Virus record (IMG/VR): IMGVR_UViG_3300029951_000066
From: a virus
DNA: 39,064 nucleotides
Strand: one strand, 5' to 3'
Shown here: piece by piece, positions 7,300-15,546 of the stretch
How positions within the stretch are numbered: position 1 is the first letter of the stretch
Layout: every line of letters begins with the position of its first letter
The notes under the pieces: generated by a model
Told to the model about the DNA's origin: nothing
The model's database searches: none
The model's input: only the letters and a program-made list of their open reading frames with translations
Made by a program: the position numbers and the translations under genes

Positions 7300-7530
7300 A
7301 TGACCCCCGCTGAGATTGTCATCAAAGAATTCAATGGAATCGCGCCACTCGCTAGAGCTCTGGGTATAAGCTCAGCAACGGTTTGCCGGTGGCGCAGGCC
7401 TCGCCCGAAAGATCCGCAAGGAGGGCAAGTGCCGGGCAAGCACCATCGTCGCATCATCGAAATTGCGAAAGATCGCAACTTACCGATTGTCTTAAAAGAC
7501 CTCTGGTATGGCCGAGAAGAGCAGGAATAG
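7300..7530 (+). CDS. Cro-like HTH DNA-binding protein
   Basis: 76-aa ORF; motif GIAPLARALGISSATVCRWR resembles Cro/YdaS-type HTH; divergent from the repressor. Confidence 0.7.
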   Translation: MTPAEIVIKEFNGIAPLARALGISSATVCRWRRPRPKDPQGGQVPGKHHRRIIEIAKDRNLPIVLKDLWYGREEQE

Positions 7531-7536
7531 AGCATC

Positions 7537-8352
7537 ATGGCGTGCGCTGAGAAGAACAAGGCCGACATATGGATGCCGATTTATATCGGTAACTATTTGG
7601 CGGACACAACTCGCTTGACCACCGAACAACATGGGGCATATTTTCTGCTCATGATGGACTATTGGCGCTCTGGTCCGCCGCCCGACGATGATGAAATTCT
7701 GCAAAACGTCACGCGTTTATCTGCATTTCTTTGGAAGAAAACGCGGCCTGTTCTAGAGAAATTATTTTATGTCCATGATGGTGCATGGCATCACAAGATA
7801 ATTGATGAGGAAATCGCTGCTGCCCTTGAGGGAAAAGGGGCAGCGAGCGAAAAGGCACGGAAGGCAGCGGAAGCGAGATGGGGAAAAAAGGATGCTCCGA
7901 GCATTGCTCAAGTAGATGCCCCAGAGGTGCTTGAGGAATGCCCTTTACCATTACCATTACCGTTAACACCTAAAACCTTAGCAACAGGCGGAAAAAGTAC
8001 GCATAGCGGTATACCTCGCGCGCAACCTGCCGAATTGTCTGCTGCAATGCGTCGATACAGCATCGCAGCGCAACCCGCAGATCCCCGAATCATCGCAGCG
8101 GCTGATGCCGGTGTTTCCGTCGCAACGGTCGAAGCCGCATGTGCGGAAGCCAAAGCCGCTAAGCCAGGTCAGCGCATAGCGCCGGCGTACGTCCTTCGAA
8201 TCGCCGAGCGATGGACCACCGAAGCAGCTGCGCCACAGGCCCGCGCATCACCCTCTAAGCCTTTGAACGTGCATGACGATCGCAGACGCGCCTACGAAAT
8301 TCTCACCGGAAACACGCCTCATGAACCTGCCAGCGACATCATCGACATCTAA
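7537..8352 (+). CDS. DUF1376-like protein, putative replication initiation protein (lambda O analogue by position)
   Basis: N-terminal WMPIYIGNYLADTTRLTTEQHGAYFLLMMDYW matches the DUF1376 signature; followed by a P-like gene. Confidence 0.6.
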   Translation: MACAEKNKADIWMPIYIGNYLADTTRLTTEQHGAYFLLMMDYWRSGPPPDDDEILQNVTRLSAFLWKKTRPVLEKLFYVHDGAWHHKIIDEEIAAALEGKGAASEKARKAAEARWGKKDAPSIAQVDAPEVLEECPLPLPLPLTPKTLATGGKSTHSGIPRAQPAELSAAMRRYSIAAQPADPRIIAAADAGVSVATVEAACAEAKAAKPGQRIAPAYVLRIAERWTTEAAAPQARASPSKPLNVHDDRRRAYEILTGNTPHEPASDIIDI

Positions 8353-8962
8353 CCCCCTAGCGCCGAGCAATTGGCCGAAGGATGCTGCGCCGGAGCATTG
8401 GGTCACGGGTCTGTTCGAGAAAATGGCCAGGACGTGGGGCGCTCGTTTCCTCGACCAGTGGCGCGGGGTTGACCTCGAAGGCGTTAAGGTCGAGTGGGGC
8501 AGGGCACTCGCGAAACTATCGAACGCTGAGCTCAAAGCCGGGGTTGGCGCGCTTCTTACGCTGAAATTTCCGCCGACGCTTCCCGAGTTCTTCGGCCTGT
8601 GCAAGCAGACGCGGCTTTACGAATCTGCCAGCCATACGCTTCGGCTTGAAAGCGGAGGTCAATCGACGCCGAGTGTTGTTGATGCCCATATCGCGCAGAT
8701 TGGACCGCTGCTCAAGCGGTTGACCAACCCCGAGCCGACCGCTGAGTGGGCATTTAAGCTGCTTCGGCGTGGGATGTCGCTATCTGGCTTGCCACTCACC
8801 TATGAGGTCCGTCGCTGCGCTACTGACGCGATGCTTTCGAGCGCTGGACGCAAGGTGCTCGAGAACTGTGCGGATGAGGATCGCGAGGAATACACGAACC
8901 TGTACCAGATCGCCAGGGCTTTGAAACTGGCCACTGGGCAGAAGATTTGGGAGACACCATGA
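8321..8962 (+). CDS. Lambda P-like replication protein (helicase-loader family); start uncertain (8273 or 8321)
   Basis: Motif WGRALAKLS...LKAGVGALLTLKFPPTLPEFFGLCKQ parallels lambda P (PFLPSPGQFVAWCRE region). Confidence 0.55.
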   Translation: MNLPATSSTSNPLAPSNWPKDAAPEHWVTGLFEKMARTWGARFLDQWRGVDLEGVKVEWGRALAKLSNAELKAGVGALLTLKFPPTLPEFFGLCKQTRLYESASHTLRLESGGQSTPSVVDAHIAQIGPLLKRLTNPEPTAEWAFKLLRRGMSLSGLPLTYEVRRCATDAMLSSAGRKVLENCADEDREEYTNLYQIARALKLATGQKIWETP

Positions 8963-8996
8963 TCACCAGCACACGCGTGCGCGATGGAGCTAAAGC

Positions 8997-9488
8997 ATGA
9001 CTATCGTCATTGGTATCGACCCTGGCATAACCGGTGCTCTCGCCACTCTCGACGGTGAAAGCGTCTACGTCGATGACCTGCCGATCCGCCTCAAGCGAGA
9101 TGTGAGCAAGGTCAAGAACGAGATCGACCCCGTCGCTTTGAAGGCGCTTCTGCTGAAACGCTTGCCAGCTGATCGCAGCGCCATATGCGTCATGGAGGTG
9201 CTAAACACCTTCGCTGGCGGTTCGGTGCAGACGATGGCATCACTGGCGGCTACGAAGGCTGTCATCAGCACAGTGCTCGAACTGTGCGGTGTAGACACGC
9301 TATTCGTCTCGCCCCAGGCATGGCAGAAATGGTATGGCATCCGCAAGAGCGAAATCAGCGATACCAAAGATCAGAGTCTTGCCCATGCGCGAAAGCTGTT
9401 CGGCTCTGCATTCTGTCCGCTCAAGAAGCATCATGGGCGTTCTGACGCTCTGTTGATCGCTAGGTATGCGCAGAGGCATTTCGTATGA
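8997..9488 (+). CDS. RuvC-like Holliday junction resolvase
   Basis: N-terminal IVIGIDPGITGALA motif typical of RuvC-fold resolvases; GGAG RBS. Confidence 0.7.
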   Translation: MTIVIGIDPGITGALATLDGESVYVDDLPIRLKRDVSKVKNEIDPVALKALLLKRLPADRSAICVMEVLNTFAGGSVQTMASLAATKAVISTVLELCGVDTLFVSPQAWQKWYGIRKSEISDTKDQSLAHARKLFGSAFCPLKKHHGRSDALLIARYAQRHFV

Positions 9489-9543
9489 GCAGCCTCGCGC
9501 CGATCAGTTATGCCGTGGCTCAACATTCGTTGGAGATTTTGTG

Positions 9544-9747
9544 ATGACGCCAGAACGATTGAGGGAGAAGCGCACGCAGCATGTAGCGCGTGAGCTTCTG
9601 CGTATGCAGATGGCTGTCGTGGAGCAGAACGCGGTGATGCACTCAGCGATGCTTAAAGAGCAAGAAAATTACATGATCGCCGTTGAAACTGCGTCTCGGG
9701 AGTTCAATGCGATTTGTTTGGCGCTTTCGTTTACGAGATTCGTTTAA
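9544..9747 (+). CDS. Hypothetical protein (about 68 aa)
   Basis: ORF from internal ATG of the 9466 track ORF. Confidence 0.4.
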   Translation: MTPERLREKRTQHVARELLRMQMAVVEQNAVMHSAMLKEQENYMIAVETASREFNAICLALSFTRFV

Positions 9748-9749
9748 CC

Positions 9750-9986
9750 ATGCAGTCCCTCGCACGCCTCTCAGCAATCCTCTGCCGCGACCCTGTGTTT
9801 CGACAATGGCTCGTGCACGACACCGATTTCAATCCGGGGGATGCGGCAGAGGCTGCCGAGGTCGTGCGCGTCGTATGCGGCATAGACAGCCGCCGCGAGC
9901 TGGACACGAATCCGACCGCTGCTGAGCGGTTTCACGAGCATTTGCGCAAGCCGTTCATCGAATGGAGAGATCATCATGAAGGATAG
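9750..9986 (+). CDS. Hypothetical protein (about 78 aa)
   Basis: ORF from ATG at 9750, immediately after the upstream stop. Confidence 0.4.
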   Translation: MQSLARLSAILCRDPVFRQWLVHDTDFNPGDAAEAAEVVRVVCGIDSRRELDTNPTAAERFHEHLRKPFIEWRDHHEG

Positions 9987-10338
9987 TCATCGCAACCTAT
10001 GCCTGGCGGTCGAGGCGAATCCAGGGGCCACGTTCGATGAATTGGCCGAGGTGATGTGCCAGAAGCCGGACGCGATCCGCAAGAAGGCGCTACTACTTAT
10101 CGAGCTGGGCATGCTGCGTGGTGATCGCAAAGGTCGAGCGCAGAAAACTCGTCTATTCCGCACTAGCGAGCCCCTTGGCGACGCTGCCGAGTTCAGGATA
10201 AGCGCCTACACGGCCAAGCGATACGCAGAGGCACAGGCGCGGCTAGCGCCGCCTCCTGTGCCGGATTTAGCGCATCTCATGCCCGAATTCGTTCGGCAGT
10301 CGCTACGATTCACATCAACCCTGGAGCAATCATGCTGA
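9976..10338 (+). CDS. Hypothetical protein with a possible winged-helix DNA-binding domain
   Basis: 120-aa ORF; FDELAEVMCQKPDAIRKKALLLIELGML resembles wHTH. Confidence 0.5.
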   Translation: MKDSHRNLCLAVEANPGATFDELAEVMCQKPDAIRKKALLLIELGMLRGDRKGRAQKTRLFRTSEPLGDAAEFRISAYTAKRYAEAQARLAPPPVPDLAHLMPEFVRQSLRFTSTLEQSC

Positions 10339-10445
10339 AATTCTGCCTTTGCACGCTGTTTGTCGCCTTTTTGGTCGGACTGTTCGTCCATCCGGTGGCT
10401 GCATCGCTCGTTTTCGCGGGTGCTTGGCTAGTCCACACCCGATAA
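10332..10445 (+). CDS. Possible small hydrophobic peptide (37 aa)
   Basis: Manual translation MLKFCLCTLFVAFLVGLFVHPVAASLVFAGAWLVHTR; GGAG RBS; overlaps the upstream stop. Confidence 0.3.
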   Translation: MLKFCLCTLFVAFLVGLFVHPVAASLVFAGAWLVHTR

Positions 10446-10447
10446 TC

Positions 10448-10476
10448 TTGCCAAATCATCAAGATTGAGGTATGAA
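10448..10476 (+). promoter_or_regulatory. Putative sigma70-type promoter (TTGCCA-17 nt-TATGAA) upstream of a small ORF and the HNH gene
   Basis: -35/-10 hexamers with 17-nt spacer; the spacer contains a 6-bp inverted repeat (atcttg/caagat). Confidence 0.35.
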
Positions 10477-10505
10477 TACCGCCATCAACATTTCGGAGAG
10501 TCGCC

Positions 10506-10661
10506 ATGCCAGCAGCTAAACAGGGCGAGAAGCTTTCCGACTTCCTCTCGCGGTTTGTGTCATCGAAACGTGAGGATCGCAAGTACTCGAACGTCAAGCA
10601 GCGCCTTGCTTTGGGCTACTCGGAAGCCAGAGAGCAGGCCAAGAAAGGAGTTAGGTCATGA
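10506..10661 (+). CDS. Possible small protein (51 aa)
   Basis: Manual translation with GGAGAG RBS; stop overlaps the HNH start (ATGA). Confidence 0.35.
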   Translation: MPAAKQGEKLSDFLSRFVSSKREDRKYSNVKQRLALGYSEAREQAKKGVRS

Positions 10662-11152
10662 GACGAATTGCGATCGCTAGGTTACATTTTTTGTTGCGCC
10701 TCGATGAAGCGACCGGGTTCCTGTGCTGGCGAGGGGCTAGCTTAGGGCATCACGCCGACGATCGCGCCGGAAGCCTGAAGAGCGATGGGTATCGCCGGGT
10801 CTACATCGATGGTTCGCGCATCTATGAGCACCGAATCACGTTCGCGATGACAAATGGTCGTTGGCCAGATTTGCACGTTGACCATGCCAACGGAGTACGT
10901 GATGACAATCGTCCCTGCAATCTTCGCGAGGCAACAAGGTCCCAAAACAATGCAAATAGTAAGATTTCTTTGCGTAACACCAGTGGGCTCAAGGGTGTCG
11001 GGTTCCACAAGCAAATAGGTAGATTCAGGGCCGACATACGGATTGAGGGGAGCCTCAAGTACCTCGGCCTATTCGATAGCGCAGAAGAGGCGCATGCCGC
11101 CTATATGCGAGCAGCGCAGCAATTCCATGGCCAATTCGCGAGGGCAGCATGA
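10658..11152 (+). CDS. HNH homing endonuclease with AP2-type DNA-binding domain
   Basis: Motifs HVDHANGVRDDNRPCNLREATRSQN (HNH) and SGLKGVGFHK...YLGLFDSAEEAHAAY (AP2-like); AAAGGAG RBS. Confidence 0.8.
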   Translation: MRRIAIARLHFLLRLDEATGFLCWRGASLGHHADDRAGSLKSDGYRRVYIDGSRIYEHRITFAMTNGRWPDLHVDHANGVRDDNRPCNLREATRSQNNANSKISLRNTSGLKGVGFHKQIGRFRADIRIEGSLKYLGLFDSAEEAHAAYMRAAQQFHGQFARAA

Positions 11153-11300
11153 GCAAAATCTCACAGAAACCGAGTCAACCCAAATCGCAGCCTAGGCTTC
11201 CCACTGGGCACTTCGACCGGAATGGCACCAGCCAAGGCCAGCAGAGCGGCGCAGTACGCAAGTCGCCAGACGCCTACAACGATCGCAAGGAGCAAAAATA

Positions 11301-11765
11301 ATGCCCCGTGACGTCAAAGGAAAGGCCAAGGGCGACGAGACCATGAGCGCGGTCAACATGACCGACATGCGCCGCACCAACGCTGCGAAGAAGGAAGGCG
11401 CGACCAATGCCATGACCAACTCTGACGGCCCCGAGTATCCGTACGGCCTAAAGGTGCATCTCGACCACGACAGCATGAAGAAGATGGGCATGAACGATAT
11501 GCCCGAGGTCGGTAGCGAGGTCACGATGCATTCGAAGGCGCATGTCGTCGGCGCTCGTGCAGAGAAGCGCGAGGGCGGCGATGAAGAGCGCCATGTCGAG
11601 TTGCAGATTACGCACCTTGGCGTTCATCACAAGCCGGATGGCATGACCAAGCAAGCGCAGGCTGGCAGTGGTAAGACGCCGGATGCTGGCAAGGTGACCG
11701 AGAAGAAGGGCGCTAAGCCGGGTTATACGAAGCCTGAGCCGGCATACGGCAGGAAGCGCCACTGA
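11301..11765 (+). CDS. Hypothetical protein (154 aa)
   Basis: ORF with AAGGAG RBS. Confidence 0.55.
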   Translation: MPRDVKGKAKGDETMSAVNMTDMRRTNAAKKEGATNAMTNSDGPEYPYGLKVHLDHDSMKKMGMNDMPEVGSEVTMHSKAHVVGARAEKREGGDEERHVELQITHLGVHHKPDGMTKQAQAGSGKTPDAGKVTEKKGAKPGYTKPEPAYGRKRH

Positions 11766-11941
11766 TGCCTAACCAGCTTATCACCATGGAAGAAATGGCC
11801 GCGGACTTCGATCGGATCTGCCTGGAGAACGGTGTAACGCCGCAGGAGTTCTTCGGGGCTTTGCGCCATGCTGCTGCGACTGAATACGATGCGGATGAGG
11901 ATGCCAGAGTAAGGAAGATTTATGGGTTGGAGGCTTATTGA
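11765..11941 (+). CDS. Hypothetical small protein (58 aa)
   Basis: Manual translation; TGATG overlap with the upstream gene. Confidence 0.4.
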   Translation: MPNQLITMEEMAADFDRICLENGVTPQEFFGALRHAAATEYDADEDARVRKIYGLEAY

Positions 11942-12116
11942 CATGATGCACCTACCTTCGATTGTGAGTCCGCCGCAGCGCAAGTCACACATCTTTTGCG
12001 AGGCTGGGAAGTGGGTGCTGCGCACATTCGGACCTGCTATGGCATGGGATATGCCGTTTGAGTCGGTTACGGATATTCAGCGGTATCACAAGCGCTACAT
12101 ACGGAGATTTCGCTGA
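11922..12116 (+). CDS. Hypothetical small protein (64 aa)
   Basis: ORF with AAGGAAG RBS. Confidence 0.45.
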   Translation: MGWRLIDMMHLPSIVSPPQRKSHIFCEAGKWVLRTFGPAMAWDMPFESVTDIQRYHKRYIRRFR

Positions 12117-12394
12117 TGACTATCGATTATGAGCGTGGAACTGGGCGCACGACAGAGCAAATGAAGGCTGCGCCGCGCGGTGCCGTATATGTTTCTCCGC
12201 ATCCTTTCGCCACCGACTATGTCCGCAAGCTCGCTGCGAAGATTTTGCGGGAAGACCTAAGGATCGTAGAGCCTTCGTGGCTAGACCATGGATGGCACGG
12301 CAAGATTTTGGAGGGCATCGTCGTGGACCATGCATGCCATCTGGATGACCATCATCGACAACTTCTTTTGAATGCCGAAACAAGGATTCGATAA
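12116..12394 (+). CDS. Hypothetical protein (92 aa)
   Basis: ORF with TGATG overlap and GGAGA RBS. Confidence 0.45.
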   Translation: MTIDYERGTGRTTEQMKAAPRGAVYVSPHPFATDYVRKLAAKILREDLRIVEPSWLDHGWHGKILEGIVVDHACHLDDHHRQLLLNAETRIR

Positions 12395-12828
12395 TGGGCG
12401 TCAACCTCAAGACCAATGGCGCTGGCGGGGAGTTGTCTTACGAGACGAAGACCTACGTTGCGCCCGACGAGAAGATCCAGCCGCTTCACGACTACATCGT
12501 GGTCGAGCCGCTGCCGATAGAGCATTCGAAGATTCTGCTTGTTGTCGAAGAGATCAAGCCGGTTCGCGGGATCGTGAAGGCTGTTGGGCCTGGCCACTTT
12601 CCATTGCGATATGACCACCCGGACAAGCACCGTCGCACGAAGATGTGGCGCAGCAAGACATTTTTGCCAACCCAGGTGAAGGTGGGCGATATCGTTGAGC
12701 TCGGCTCGGTGCAGTTGGAAGGCCGGTATGTTGGCTACAGCTTTCAGCAAATTTATTGGGGAAACACGATGCATATCATGTGCCGTGAAGCCGATGTGAG
12801 CGGGATAGTCGAACAGGAGGCAGCATGA
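12394..12828 (+). CDS. GroES-like co-chaperonin (Cpn10 family)
   Basis: Motifs PLHDYIVVEP, GIVKAVGPG, VKVGDIVEL and C-terminal ADVSGIVEQ parallel E. coli GroES (PLHDRVIV, GEVLAVGNG, VKVGDIVIF, SDILAIVEA). Confidence 0.65.
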   Translation: MGVNLKTNGAGGELSYETKTYVAPDEKIQPLHDYIVVEPLPIEHSKILLVVEEIKPVRGIVKAVGPGHFPLRYDHPDKHRRTKMWRSKTFLPTQVKVGDIVELGSVQLEGRYVGYSFQQIYWGNTMHIMCREADVSGIVEQEAA

Positions 12829-13076
12829 ATACGCTCGACAAGATTTGGATCGATGAAACATCGGACTTCGTTGCTTCCAAGGAAAAACTGATCAAGATGA
12901 CAGGAAAAGCACTTCACAAGCTGCGCAAACGTGCGCACATCGCCGCAGCAATCGCTGCTCAAAGCGCCTGGATCGAAGACGCGCTGTATATCAACACAGA
13001 AGATCGCCGTATGCGTGACAAGCTGTTCTGCTATGCACGCGAAATCCAAGCGCGAAAGCAGAATGAAGCGCGCTAA
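12825..13076 (+). CDS. Hypothetical protein (83 aa)
   Basis: ORF in track, coupled to the upstream gene. Confidence 0.45.
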   Translation: MNTLDKIWIDETSDFVASKEKLIKMTGKALHKLRKRAHIAAAIAAQSAWIEDALYINTEDRRMRDKLFCYAREIQARKQNEAR

Positions 13077-13377
13077 CGTCAAGCGTGGTGCGCTGCCAGT
13101 CGAGGCCGTCGATGACGTGCCTACCGAAACCAGCGAGCAGGCGCTAATCGATGACTCCGGCGACGAACTGCGCTACGTCAGCATCCCGTCCGACTGGCGC
13201 AAAGGCAACCTACTCAACGTGCGCAACTACGGGCCGGAATATGTCGTCACGCTCTATCCCGAGGAGCTAGACCACGATAAACCCGAGCGCGCGCTTCACT
13301 TTCCGAATCACGGGCTGTGCCAGGCGTTCGTTTCCGGTTGGTATGCCCGCGAGAGTCATGACCCGAGGGCGAGATGA
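13063..13377 (+). CDS. Hypothetical protein (about 104 aa)
   Basis: ORF from internal ATG of the 12931 track ORF. Confidence 0.4.
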   Translation: MKRANVKRGALPVEAVDDVPTETSEQALIDDSGDELRYVSIPSDWRKGNLLNVRNYGPEYVVTLYPEELDHDKPERALHFPNHGLCQAFVSGWYARESHDPRAR

Positions 13378-13586
13378 TGGCAATCATCAGCGAAGCGTTT
13401 CGCATGTTAATACTGAAAGAGTCGGTAGGTGCTCTCGACCGAGAATATGCTGTATTTCGGGATGCCATTCCACGCCGCCATTCCACTGCGGGATTTATAG
13501 CAAAGCACAGCTACGATATCGCGCAGGATTCGGTTCGTACCTGCATCTCATGCGGCTCCAAAACTCAACCCTGTTGCGGGCACTGA
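13374..13586 (+). CDS. Hypothetical protein (70 aa)
   Basis: ORF with ATGA overlap. Confidence 0.4.
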   Translation: MMAIISEAFRMLILKESVGALDREYAVFRDAIPRRHSTAGFIAKHSYDIAQDSVRTCISCGSKTQPCCGH

Positions 13587-13587
13587 G

Positions 13588-13800
13588 ATGGCAACGATCA
13601 ATAGAGACGGCACGATCAATTTCGGCAACTCGAAGGGGTTGCTCTCGATAAGTGAGATCAATCGGAAGGCGATGGAATTCTTCGTGAAGATGCAGGAAAG
13701 CCAGGACATCTGGGACCGTCAAGAGCGCATCAGTGAGTTGCGCAAATCGTGCGGCGCTGAACCGCAGTACACGAAGATCAAGATCGGCTCAGGAGCGTAA
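13588..13800 (+). CDS. Hypothetical protein (70 aa)
   Basis: ORF in track. Confidence 0.45.
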   Translation: MATINRDGTINFGNSKGLLSISEINRKAMEFFVKMQESQDIWDRQERISELRKSCGAEPQYTKIKIGSGA

Positions 13801-13802
13801 CG

Positions 13803-14201
13803 ATGGCCGGTAAGAAAGGACAAGCGCCGCGTACTGAGTTCTCTCAGAAGCTGTTCGATGAGATATGCGAGCTTATTGCAGACGGCAAGAGCTTGCGCGA
13901 GACGTGCGAACTGAAGGGCATGCCCGACCGGGCGACGTTTAATAAATGGCGCAAGCGTGCGCCAGAACTGCAAGCTCAGTACGATCAGGCCTACAAGGAT
14001 TACGAAGATTCTTGCCTGCAAGATATCGTCTATATCGCGGATACGGAAAAGGACTCGGCGATCGCAAAGAACCGCATGGACGCTCGTAAGTGGGAGCTGA
14101 AGATACGCAACCGCAAGAAGTTTGGCGATAGCGTGCAGCATACCGGCGATCCGGAAGCACCGATGCAGCTCGTGCTCAATGGATCAGACGTACATGGCTG
14201 A
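13803..14201 (+). CDS. Terminase small subunit (HTH-type)
   Basis: N-terminus KKGQAPRTEFSQKLFDEICELIADGKSLRETCELKGMPDRATFNKWRKR matches the common small-terminase HTH family; AGGAG RBS; immediately upstream of the large subunit. Confidence 0.75.
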   Translation: MAGKKGQAPRTEFSQKLFDEICELIADGKSLRETCELKGMPDRATFNKWRKRAPELQAQYDQAYKDYEDSCLQDIVYIADTEKDSAIAKNRMDARKWELKIRNRKKFGDSVQHTGDPEAPMQLVLNGSDVHG

Positions 14202-15546
14202 GTTCAAGCTCACTACTAGGCAGGCCGAAGCCCAGGAGATGCTGAACGGGCCGGCGAAGCACGTGATGCTTGCGGGTGGTTCTAGGTCCGGAAAGACGCT
14301 GCTAATTATTAGGAAGCAGGTCCAACGTCGTCTTAAGGCGCCCGGCTCACGCGGCGCTGTGCTTCGTTTTCGCTTTGGTCACGTCAAGAACTCAATCATG
14401 CTGGACACCTTTCCTAAGGTGATGTCCATATGCTTTCCGGGCGTCCCATATGACGTGAATAAGTCGCTGGGCTATGCGACGTTTCCCGGTGGCAGTGAGC
14501 TGTGGTTCGGCGGCCTCGATGACAAGCAGCGCACTGAGAAGATTCTCGGCACAGAGTTTGCCGACATCTTTTTGAATGAGTGCTCTCAGATTCCATATTC
14601 GGGGCGTGAAATGGTCATGACGCGCTTGGCGCAGAAGGTACGCGACAATGCGACGGGCAACGATCTGATCATGAAGATGTATTACGACGAGAATCCGCCC
14701 GACAAAGGGCATTGGACCTATCGCCTGTTTAAGACCAAGGTGAGTCCCGAAACGCGTGCATCGTTGAGCGAGCCCGACAACTACGCCTTCATGCAGATCA
14801 ATCCTCGCGACAACCAAGAGAATCTGTCCGCCGACTACCTGAAGACGCTGTCCGAAATGTCGCCACGGATGCGCAAGCGCTTCCTCGAAGGAGAGTTCCG
14901 CGATGCCTCGCCTAATGCACTTTTCTCCGAAGAAGTGTTTGAACGTTGGCGCAACATTGATGACGAACTGCCGGACATGTTGCGTATCGTCGTGGCAGTC
15001 GATCCGTCAGGCGCCGATGATGATGACAACGTCGACAATGACGAAATCGGAATTGTCGTGGCTGGTCTCGGAATTGATGGGAATGGGTATGTATTGGAGG
15101 ATCTGACGTGCAAGGCTGGTCCTGCTGTGTGGGGCAAGGTTGCGACGGATGCCTATAAGCGTTGGGGCGGCGATCGCATCGTCGGTGAGGTGAATTATGG
15201 CGGCGCGATGGTCAAGTTCGTGGTACGCACGGCGCTGCCGAATGTACCGTTCAGGCCGGTCACCGCGACGCGTGGCAAGGTCATCCGAGCCGAGCCGATA
15301 TCAGCCCTGGTAGACGCTGGAAAGGTCCGCTTAGCTGGCGTGTTCCAAGAGATGGAAGACGAGTTATGCGCAATGACCACGCATGGCTATACCGGCGAGA
15401 ACAGCCCGAACCGTGCCGATGCGATGATATGGGCTATGACCGATCTATTCCCCGAGCTGGCCAAGCCGGAAGCAATTAAACCAGAGCCAAAGCCGCAGTT
15501 CATTCATCGGCGCCTTGGGTCAAACACAGGCTGGATGAGATCATGA
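14194..15546 (+). CDS. Terminase large subunit
   Basis: Walker A GGSRSGKT near the N-terminus; about 450 aa; between small terminase and portal. Confidence 0.85.
   Translation: MAEFKLTTRQAEAQEMLNGPAKHVMLAGGSRSGKTLLIIRKQVQRRLKAPGSRGAVLRFRFGHVKNSIMLDTFPKVMSICFPGVPYDVNKSLGYATFPGGSELWFGGLDDKQRTEKILGTEFADIFLNECSQIPYSGREMVMTRLAQKVRDNATGNDLIMKMYYDENPPDKGHWTYRLFKTKVSPETRASLSEPDNYAFMQINPRDNQENLSADYLKTLSEMSPRMRKRFLEGEFRDASPNALFSEEVFERWRNIDDELPDMLRIVVAVDPSGADDDDNVDNDEIGIVVAGLGIDGNGYVLEDLTCKAGPAVWGKVATDAYKRWGGDRIVGEVNYGGAMVKFVVRTALPNVPFRPVTATRGKVIRAEPISALVDAGKVRLAGVFQEMEDELCAMTTHGYTGENSPNRADAMIWAMTDLFPELAKPEAIKPEPKPQFIHRRLGSNTGWMRS

Noticed and set aside
11149-11298. 49-codon ORF (MSKISQKPSQPKSQ...) between the HNH gene and the 11301 gene
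   Set aside because: Open and ATGA-coupled to the HNH stop, but low-complexity and without other support; left unannotated as too uncertain.
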